Origin: Candidatus Undinarchaeota archaeon | GTDB lineage: Archaea > SpSt-1190 > JASMDC01 | Length of the DNA: 64,000 nucleotides | Assembly (NCBI GenBank): GCA_964519305.1 | Contig: CAZFHY010000006.1 | Span: 64,001 to 128,000, forward strand | Direction of reading: 5' to 3' | In this document: in pieces, positions 56,792 through 64,000 of the stretch | Position numbering within the stretch: position 1 is the first letter of the stretch | Layout of the letters: each line of letters starts with the position of its first letter | Made by a program: the position numbers and the translations under genes | Notes under the pieces: model-generated | What the model saw: only the letters and a program-made list of their open reading frames with translations | Databases searched by the model: none | What the model was told of the DNA's origin: nothing

Positions 56792-57559
56792 CTACATTTT
56801 CGCGCCGCACCGGGAGCAGAACGCGGTCCTTCGCTTGTTGACGAATCCGCAAGTGTTGCAGGGGAATCCCTCAGGACCCTTGTCCTCTTCAGGTTCCTCA
56901 TCATCAGTCGGTTCCGGTTCCGGTTCGGGCGGCGGTCTTACGACCGCGCCCACGGGAGAGATATGCTCAGCAATGCTGGCACCAGGTGGTGCTGGTGGGG
57001 GCTGAGGTTGTGCCATAGCGCCCCCGTACTCGTCCCTCGTTGTCTCGTTATCGGGTCCTTTCCCGGGTGCGTTGAGCTGCTCCTCAATGGCATCCACGCG
57101 AGCTGCGAGCTCAGTTATGCGTTCGGCCGATTCAGCAGCGCCTGCGCCAGCGCTGTCAAGGCCGTCATGGGCTTCGGCCCGCGCCGTCTCGAGCGCCTTG
57201 CTCAGTTCGTCCACGCGGATCTTCAGATCACGCTCCTCGCTCTCTACTCGGGTGAGGGTATCCCGTTCCTCTTTGGATAGATGGGCCTCCACGGAGCCTG
57301 CTGGCGTCTCGACTTTTGGAGCCTCAGATGGTGCCTTGTGCACAACGACCTCCTCATCGTCCGTATCCCCTGCGGTAGGGGGGAGCACCAGAGCGCTGCC
57401 CAGACCTGCGAGGGCGAACAGTACTCCGACACCCAGGAGGAACGTGGCCTTGAAGTCCATGACCATCTTCTCCACACCGAGCATGAGCATTACGAGGCCC
57501 ACAGCAAGGATGGTAGCAGGGAGGATGGCGAGGATGCGTCGTGGATCGGGTGCTGCCAT
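56792..57559 (-). CDS. Two-TM protein with coiled coil, Pro-rich linker and C-terminal RanBP2/NZF-type zinc finger
   Basis: Two N-terminal TMs; heptads; FPCNTCGFVNKRRTAFCSRCG; ATG directly follows the upstream TAG. Confidence 0.75.
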   Translation of the reverse strand: MAAPDPRRILAILPATILAVGLVMLMLGVEKMVMDFKATFLLGVGVLFALAGLGSALVLPPTAGDTDDEEVVVHKAPSEAPKVETPAGSVEAHLSKEERDTLTRVESEERDLKIRVDELSKALETARAEAHDGLDSAGAGAAESAERITELAARVDAIEEQLNAPGKGPDNETTRDEYGGAMAQPQPPPAPPGASIAEHISPVGAVVRPPPEPEPEPTDDEEPEEDKGPEGFPCNTCGFVNKRRTAFCSRCGAKM

Positions 57560-59404
57560 CTAACGGAACACCCCCATGACCTTGTCAAGTAGACCTTTCT
57601 TCGCTTCGGGGCGCAGGGTCTTGACCAGCTTGGCCACAGTCTTGAGGTCCGTCCGCCTGAAGTGCTTCTGCGTTATGAACTCCTCCTTCACCCGACCGTC
57701 GGCCTCGACGTTATCATTGATGAATGGCTTGGGATCGACGACCGACACCCTTGGGGGGGAGAGGGGGTAGTTCTGTGAGAGGCGGACCTCGTAGTGCACC
57801 TTCTTGAGCTGGGCGCCATAGAGCGCCTTGTACTCTCCGCTCCAGAGGTAGATGTTATTTGCTAGCGGTTTGAACGTGGTGACCATGTCGGACACGAGGA
57901 TGTTCCCGATCTCCTCAAAGAACTCCTCGGAGCTTGTGATCTCGAACTTACGCACCCTCAGACGCTCCTTAACGATCTCCAATGCCTCACAAAGGCTCAT
58001 CTCGCCCTCCCATTCCAGGCCAGAACCGGGGTGTCCGAAGAGAACGAGCCCTGTGGGGGAATGAATGGCGCCGAAGAGGAGGATCCTCTCGGTCACATCG
58101 AGCCGGGAGTCGAACTTGATCATTGGGGGTGTCTGCGGGAAGTACGGGTCCACCAGGACCACGGCCTCGTAGGTGCGGCCGGTCAGCACTCCTTCACCAT
58201 TGATGGTCACGGCCCAGCCTCCCAGGACCTCCCTGTTCAGGTCCTGTGCGTACTTTCCCACCTCATTGTCGGGGATCTGTGTGATGGATGGCTCGTACTT
58301 CTCGAGGTAGCCCGCCTCATAGGATAGACGGGTCGTCGGGTCCATGGAGACAAGGTCCGTGCGCTTTAGGGCCCGGATGTCCTCAAGGACCTCCGCGATA
58401 TGGGTGTCCTCGGTCCATGCTGAGGTGAGGAGGGGGATAACTACTGAGCCCCCCACATCGATATGATCATTAGGGAACACGTTCCGAAGGGACACGCGGG
58501 GGGGTACCCGGGGGAATTCCTTGGGTACATCCACGACAATGTCGAGCGTGATGCCCTGATGGGTCGTCACTGGCCCCTCCCATCGCTCCACGTTGCCCTT
58601 CACGGGACGCAGCTGGCTCTTGCGCAGTAGCTGATAGGTCTCCAGGTACAACCGCGGCACCTCGCGGTGGACCCGCTCGATGCGACGACGTAGGGCGTCC
58701 AGTACACCGCTCAGGTCAGGGTCCTTGTTCCATTGGTAAGTGGCCAGGTTCTCGAGCTTGGCATACCCTTCCTCGTCAGTGAGCCGTGGATGGACAAGCC
58801 CTACCCGTACGGAGGGGGGGCTTTTTGGATACCCCTGAGGGAGGGTCACTATAACGATCTCGCTCTCCATACGTCCCTTGAACGTGTTCTTGCCGGACTC
58901 CTGGAATCCCTGCTTGAGCAGCAGGCGACGGTCCTTCCCAGCCTCGACACGTTCCCCGATATCGTCCAGGCGTGTGTAGATGAACTCACCCGGAGGGATC
59001 TGTTCCTCGAACGAGTAACTGTCCAGTGTGAATCGCGCCGGTGAGCGTGGATAGGCGGGAGGTAGTAGCACCTCCATTCGCTTCCCCTTGTGCTTTCCTG
59101 TTAGCGCGATCCCGCCGGTGTCCTCCTTGTGCGAGAAACCTTCCTCATGCAGAAAGGATACTTCGAGCGTCTTCTTGATCTCGCCATCGAGGAACTGGGC
59201 GAGCGGAAGACCGTCGGGGATTGGGACCTTCCGGTTCACTCCTCCCCCGGAGATGCTCGCGTTCTTGGCACCCTCCACCTGTAGCTTCACCTGGACCATC
59301 TTGCCGTAGAACTCACCACGGAGGTCGTAGATTGAGTCACCTACGAAAGAGAACCCGCTCCCACGGAGCTGATGAATCTCGCGGAGGATACGCGGGTCGG
59401 GCAT
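57560..59404 (-). CDS. Tandem E2/UEV(RWD)-fold repeat protein, catalytic Cys absent
   Basis: ATG 59404; five YP..PP-type motifs (PPAYPRSP, PQGYPKSPP, PKEFPRVPP, DPYFPQTPP, SQNYPLSPP) with UBC-like downstream segments (NDHIDVGGSVVIPLLTSAW; NDNVEADGRV). Confidence 0.75.
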   Translation of the reverse strand: MPDPRILREIHQLRGSGFSFVGDSIYDLRGEFYGKMVQVKLQVEGAKNASISGGGVNRKVPIPDGLPLAQFLDGEIKKTLEVSFLHEEGFSHKEDTGGIALTGKHKGKRMEVLLPPAYPRSPARFTLDSYSFEEQIPPGEFIYTRLDDIGERVEAGKDRRLLLKQGFQESGKNTFKGRMESEIVIVTLPQGYPKSPPSVRVGLVHPRLTDEEGYAKLENLATYQWNKDPDLSGVLDALRRRIERVHREVPRLYLETYQLLRKSQLRPVKGNVERWEGPVTTHQGITLDIVVDVPKEFPRVPPRVSLRNVFPNDHIDVGGSVVIPLLTSAWTEDTHIAEVLEDIRALKRTDLVSMDPTTRLSYEAGYLEKYEPSITQIPDNEVGKYAQDLNREVLGGWAVTINGEGVLTGRTYEAVVLVDPYFPQTPPMIKFDSRLDVTERILLFGAIHSPTGLVLFGHPGSGLEWEGEMSLCEALEIVKERLRVRKFEITSSEEFFEEIGNILVSDMVTTFKPLANNIYLWSGEYKALYGAQLKKVHYEVRLSQNYPLSPPRVSVVDPKPFINDNVEADGRVKEEFITQKHFRRTDLKTVAKLVKTLRPEAKKGLLDKVMGVFR

Positions 59405-59453
59405 GGGCACGTGGAGGTGCGCAAGATTAATAACGGTAGCGTCGACGGTCGGC

Positions 59454-62324
59454 TCAAGCCGGGATGCACTGTCGAGGTAATACCCATGCTCCGGGGTTTC
59501 TTGCGAAGTACACGGCCCGAGTCGCGTTGTGCTCGAACAGTACACCACTACGTTCGGTGATGACAGAGACCGTGAGCTCTTCCCATCCATCCAATGCCTT
59601 ATCGCAGAACCTGAACGGCTCAAAGTGGACGAGATAGCCGCCGGGGGCCGATGTGACGTACAGCGACTCGCGAACGGACCCGTCCAGATATGCCCGCACT
59701 GTCCGGGCAGCAGGGATGATGTCGCGGCCTGCCACGGATACCAGAACGTCCATGTCGAAGCCCCATGCCTGGAGCACCTGGTAGATTGGCTCCTCACGGG
59801 AGCCCGGTCGTACCTCCTCGATGGTCAGGCGTGTCTCTCCGGGCGCTACTAGCGTGATATGGTCGGTGCCGCTTCCAGTGCGGCCCAGACGTGCAACGCT
59901 GACGTCCACGGTGGCGCGGCCGGCGCTCAGGGATCCGGAGACCACGAGCGTCAGCACCCACTGACGCAGAGCGGGCACGTAGCGCATAGAGAAGACCCTC
60001 GATTCCGTACCCCGGATGGACGTTCGCAAGTCATCGCGTGTAAGGGTCGTGACGGGACTCCCGTCCCGGGTATCCACTACGGAGACGTAGGCATGAAGGA
60101 ATATGCCATGTCGTGCTTCCTCGAGCGGGACCGTCCGGGGTTCTATGGACCGGACTGTGACCTCGTAGCCGGGGCTCAAAGGACCGTACCAGAGGGGGAC
60201 GGAGGAACGTGCCGCTCCCATCTCGCCGTCGTGGTCCAGTGTTAGGAACAGCGGGATGGACCCTGGCGTGAGCGTACCTGCAAGGTGGGGTGGGAGCCGG
60301 GCACGGACCCGCCAGACCTCATCACGCCACGCCAACTCTATGTTCTCCGTAGGTAACGGGAGGTCACCCACGACCAGTGTGATCGAGTCTGCTGAGAGCC
60401 CACTGGAGACCGGGCCACCCTGCAGACGCACAGAGAGATCAAGGCTGACGATCACTTCACCAGTGGCAAGGGCGTCCATGTCCAATGCTTCTGGTCGGAT
60501 GTCCTCCACCCGGACCGAGAGCCCCTCCGGCGAGCAGCCGTCCTCGCGACACATCTCGCCCGGACCGCAGACGTGACCGAACGAGGCCGCCTCGTCCGTG
60601 CAGAGGCAATGGGAGGGGCACAGCTCCCACGGGAGGATGGCCGGGATCCGTTGGAGCCCGATCCGCGCCACACGTTCGCCGTCCTCCTCCGCAACGACGA
60701 AGGGTGGTTCATCCCCGCCGCCGGCGCATCCGACGGCCGTGCACTGCTGGCCGTGCTCGCACACGTCAACCAACCGGCCGTCCTCGGTGAAACACGCGCA
60801 CACAGGGTGTCGGTCGGAAGCGGGTACACACTGTCCGCCTGGGCCCATGCAGCGAAGGATGATGTCCCCCGTGCCCAGCGATCCGTCACGGCACAGACGA
60901 TCGTAATCGGTGCCTCTAAGGCCGGTCGGCACCCATTGCTCGACCTCGAGCGGGACGGTGTGAACGCCCGATTCGGAGCCACGGAACGCGGTGAGACGGA
61001 GTTGGTAATGGCCGGGTGGGACCGTTTCGGGGAGGGTGAAGTCGATCTTTCCACAGGGGTATGTACGACGGACGAGGATGCGCGCCTCTGTCCCAGTGTA
61101 GTTGATCAGCGCCACCTCGCAACGCTCACCTGGCGTGTCGATCCACATGCGGACGTCCTCGCCCACCATGTACGATGGCTGCTCGAGCGTGACCGGTAGG
61201 GGCACGGACCTCCCGGGCTTAAGGAAGTGGACGATGGTGTTGGCCGTGGCCGAGAGCCCCAGAGGATTGAACATGGTGACACGCACCACGTACTCCCCCT
61301 CTTCGGACTCTGTCGAGAGCGTGAGCGGGACATAGAGGCAGGAGGGGAGACCGTACTGGGCGTCAATGACATTACCCTCGTGCAGCAGTTCGACGGAACA
61401 GGCAGATATGCCGGCCCCGGCGAAGGCGCCCACGACCATCGTCTCGCCGAGGAGGAACGTGTCCGTCACACGGCCGGCACCGTCACCTACTACAAGTGTA
61501 ACAGGGAAGAGGCGCGGCCTGACGAGCACCTCAGCAGTGGCGTTGATCAGGACATTGAAACCCTTGTACTTGACCAGCGAGTGTATGATGACGGGCGTGG
61601 CAGGGCACTGGCCACCTTCGTACTCCTCGCACCCCATCCCCGCAGGATCGAGCTCGAGAAGGGCGGAGTCACAGGTGAAGCATGCGCGGGGCCGTCCGAG
61701 GGATTGACCATCGATGGAGAACGCACCCCATACGATGAACTCCACCTCGTCGCTGAATGAGAATGTTACGATGTCCCCTGCATAGTACTGGTCGAGGTCG
61801 GTGACCAGCGGGGCGTTGGTGATACAGTCCTCGGTCCCGTCCCGACACTGGAGGGGGAACTCCAGGCCCACTCGCTCCTTGCGTGTGATGTGGCTGGTCG
61901 CCAATCCTGTCGTAGGGAGGGTATAGGTGACGGTGCGTTCGCCGACCTCCTCTGCCTCGTCCACGAGTATGAACCCGCGGGGTGTGTAAGAGAACTTGAG
62001 GGTGGGTCGCAGCTCCTCGAGCGAATACGAGCGTGCCACAGTGAGCAGGGGCTCAACGGTGGTGAACCGTAGCGTGACAGAGTCACCGGTCACGTCGTAG
62101 GTGCACGCGCGAGTGTGCGCGGGTGCGAGCTGGGCACAGGCGCGGTCGAGCACGCCCGGTTTGAGGAGAGTGTCCATCAGTCCATCACCCACACCGTCGA
62201 GGGTCACGGTGATGTGGTTGATGGGAGAGCGTGATACATCGACCTCCTCTAGGATGGTATCCACGACCACAGCTGTCGCGGGAGCGACCACTAGGAGCAA
62301 GGCCAGGAGGATGGCGCTCCTCAT
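59454..62324 (-). CDS. Large secreted multi-Ig/MG-like domain protein with Cys-rich repeats
   Basis: Signal peptide from ATG 62324 (ATGA overlap); TDLDQYYAGD, QPSYMVGEDV, FTLPETVPPGHYQL macroglobulin-like segments; C..GQQC...GC repeats. Confidence 0.7.
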   Translation of the reverse strand: MRSAILLALLLVVAPATAVVVDTILEEVDVSRSPINHITVTLDGVGDGLMDTLLKPGVLDRACAQLAPAHTRACTYDVTGDSVTLRFTTVEPLLTVARSYSLEELRPTLKFSYTPRGFILVDEAEEVGERTVTYTLPTTGLATSHITRKERVGLEFPLQCRDGTEDCITNAPLVTDLDQYYAGDIVTFSFSDEVEFIVWGAFSIDGQSLGRPRACFTCDSALLELDPAGMGCEEYEGGQCPATPVIIHSLVKYKGFNVLINATAEVLVRPRLFPVTLVVGDGAGRVTDTFLLGETMVVGAFAGAGISACSVELLHEGNVIDAQYGLPSCLYVPLTLSTESEEGEYVVRVTMFNPLGLSATANTIVHFLKPGRSVPLPVTLEQPSYMVGEDVRMWIDTPGERCEVALINYTGTEARILVRRTYPCGKIDFTLPETVPPGHYQLRLTAFRGSESGVHTVPLEVEQWVPTGLRGTDYDRLCRDGSLGTGDIILRCMGPGGQCVPASDRHPVCACFTEDGRLVDVCEHGQQCTAVGCAGGGDEPPFVVAEEDGERVARIGLQRIPAILPWELCPSHCLCTDEAASFGHVCGPGEMCREDGCSPEGLSVRVEDIRPEALDMDALATGEVIVSLDLSVRLQGGPVSSGLSADSITLVVGDLPLPTENIELAWRDEVWRVRARLPPHLAGTLTPGSIPLFLTLDHDGEMGAARSSVPLWYGPLSPGYEVTVRSIEPRTVPLEEARHGIFLHAYVSVVDTRDGSPVTTLTRDDLRTSIRGTESRVFSMRYVPALRQWVLTLVVSGSLSAGRATVDVSVARLGRTGSGTDHITLVAPGETRLTIEEVRPGSREEPIYQVLQAWGFDMDVLVSVAGRDIIPAARTVRAYLDGSVRESLYVTSAPGGYLVHFEPFRFCDKALDGWEELTVSVITERSGVLFEHNATRAVYFARNPGAWVLPRQCIPA

Positions 62325-64000
62325 GCAGCGCACCCCCGTACACCTGCGACCTGTACGAATCCGTGGTCGGTCTTTGTAGTGAACAGCGGGTCCATCACCA
62401 CATCGTGCTCGCTATCCCCCTCGATGGTTAGGACGGTGGCGGCGGTGCGCACCTTGTACACCGGGGTGCCGTCCTGGTCCGTTGGTGTCGCAAGTAGGAT
62501 GTACCGTCCGGGGAGCACTCGTGGGAAGGCATACCGCCCGTCAGCATCGGTCCGTACCTCGAGCATCTCCAGGTCGGGATCGACGGGAAGGAGCGTTAAA
62601 CGTACCGCTGCCGGTGGGGAGCCGGGAACGAATACCAGTGGTCGCATGTCAGCGATATCACTGCACGGCCCCTCTGCTACATTTTCTGTTCGGTGGTCAA
62701 GGCAACCTAGTGTGAACGTTTCTGCGCACAGTATGGTGGTGTTCTCGGCCACGATCCCTGTCAGTGAGGCATACTGCGGGAGCACAACGTCGATCGGTAC
62801 TTGGGCGGGGAGAACGACGTTCACGGAGGTACCTCCTACGCCCTCTGTGTCGAGTGGGATCACTGTGAGACGGCGGATACCGCAGGGGAGACCTGAAAGC
62901 AGGGTCTCGCCCGATACATCGAAGGTCAGCGCACCACCACAAGGCTCCACTATGACCTGTACCCGTTCTGCACCTACGGGCCGGATCGTCGCTTCGCAGG
63001 TCCCCGTGCAGGCGAGGTCCACCTCCCGAGGTGGTCCATTGGCGGCCTTAGGTAGGATCGTGCCTCCGCCAGTTACCAACCAAGGAACGATCACGAACCG
63101 CAACCGGAGGGGGCGCATGAGCGATCCGGATGGAAGGCGCCCGGCGGGTGTGAGGTCGGTGAGCTCCACCTCAAGAGGGAACTGGATGTCGTAAACGGCC
63201 CGGTAGCTCTTGTACCATGGAGCGCGACCTGAGCACAGATCGACCGCGCACGGTCGCTCATCCCTGGCGACACCACGCACCGTGATGGTGCGTTCGCCCC
63301 CGTTTACGGAGAGGTTGAGGAGAGGATAAGCGCTAGCGGCCCCCTCTCCCTTGTCGCCCAGGCGGGGCCGTGCCGACCAGGATAGAGACCGCATGAGAGC
63401 CACAGGGTCCGCCGCGTCCTCGTCGACACCGGCCAACTCGGCACCAAGTCGGCTGAACAGACGTTCGGACCGCATGCGTGCTGCAAAGAGGGTCGCGGCC
63501 ACGCCGAGGTCCTCTCCGATAGCTCTTCGCAGGGCCTGTTCGTCCAAGGCCACGTTGCCCTCGTCTGTCATGCAGAAACCAGGATGGCGACGTCCCCTGG
63601 CGTCAGGAAGCGTGAACGGATCGCAGGTGAGGTCCGCAGTGGGGCCCGGTACACGTGGATCACGCTCCATGAGGAACGCGGCCAAGCTCTCGATCCCGCG
63701 GTACCAGAGGTTATCGACCTCGCCTGATTCGGGGCCCGCCTCGGTGTACAGCTGTGTGACAGCACGCGCGATGCGTACAAGGCGGAGTAGACGTAACGGC
63801 AGCTCAACTGCCACCGGTTCCTTGATGGAGGAGCTGGTCCCGTCACGTGTTATTGTCAAAGGGATCTCGGCGGAGAGGCGAACGAAAGCGTCCCCGACCT
63901 CCACGTCACTGGTTCCGAGGGAGATGCGGTCACCGTCAAGCTCCAATCCGTCGATCCCCTCCACGCCCGCGGTAGCGAGCTCCTGGATGTTGGCCTCCAA
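62321..64000 (-). CDS. Large hypothetical (probably exported) protein, 5' end outside window; C-terminal carboxypeptidase-regulatory/PEGA-like domain
   Basis: Open frame to the window edge; VRTDADGRYAFPRVLPGRYIL motif. Confidence 0.65.
   Translation of the reverse strand: MEANIQELATAGVEGIDGLELDGDRISLGTSDVEVGDAFVRLSAEIPLTITRDGTSSSIKEPVAVELPLRLLRLVRIARAVTQLYTEAGPESGEVDNLWYRGIESLAAFLMERDPRVPGPTADLTCDPFTLPDARGRRHPGFCMTDEGNVALDEQALRRAIGEDLGVAATLFAARMRSERLFSRLGAELAGVDEDAADPVALMRSLSWSARPRLGDKGEGAASAYPLLNLSVNGGERTITVRGVARDERPCAVDLCSGRAPWYKSYRAVYDIQFPLEVELTDLTPAGRLPSGSLMRPLRLRFVIVPWLVTGGGTILPKAANGPPREVDLACTGTCEATIRPVGAERVQVIVEPCGGALTFDVSGETLLSGLPCGIRRLTVIPLDTEGVGGTSVNVVLPAQVPIDVVLPQYASLTGIVAENTTILCAETFTLGCLDHRTENVAEGPCSDIADMRPLVFVPGSPPAAVRLTLLPVDPDLEMLEVRTDADGRYAFPRVLPGRYILLATPTDQDGTPVYKVRTAATVLTIEGDSEHDVVMDPLFTTKTDHGFVQVAGVRGCAA

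Noticed and set aside
59372-59560. Plus-strand ORF containing DGRLKPGCTVEVIPMLRG, resembling a MoaD/ThiS ubiquitin-like C-terminus next to the poly-UEV gene
   Set aside because: No terminal GG, the ORF continues 20 aa further, and it is antisense to two well-supported genes; most likely coincidence

Overview
High-GC archaeal chromosomal segment. Archaeal markers are tRNA-splicing endonuclease, NreA with a PIP box, TATA/BRE promoters and a class III signal peptide pilin. The many orphan Cys-rich surface proteins look DPANN-like, but that placement is inference only. Housekeeping content: endA (partial), dcd/dut-family enzyme, DHH phosphoesterase, nreA, a feoAB operon with two DtxR regulators and tandem operator boxes, ferredoxin, tRNA-Leu(TAG) and an SNF2/YqhG-like pair. 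A dispersed envelope-modification region (~26.9-55.3 kb) encodes a carbamoyltransferase, two flippase-like paralogs, three B12-radical SAM enzymes, a GT-C, two GT2s, a U32 pair, an oxidoreductase and a PLD. A solo TnpB (IS200/IS605) is present. Most notable: (i) a pilin-like adhesin plus an orphan NHL module enclosed by ~105-bp imperfect inverted repeats; (ii) a protein built of tandem catalytically dead E2/UEV-like domains, translationally coupled to a membrane RanBP2/NZF-type zinc-finger protein; (iii) a 1625-aa receptor-like protein whose cytoplasmic tail resembles an adaptin/coatomer appendage; (iv) two orphan genes 15 kb apart that share a conserved upstream operator/promoter module. No CRISPR array or rRNA was seen. 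All family calls come from motif recognition by eye, not database searches.
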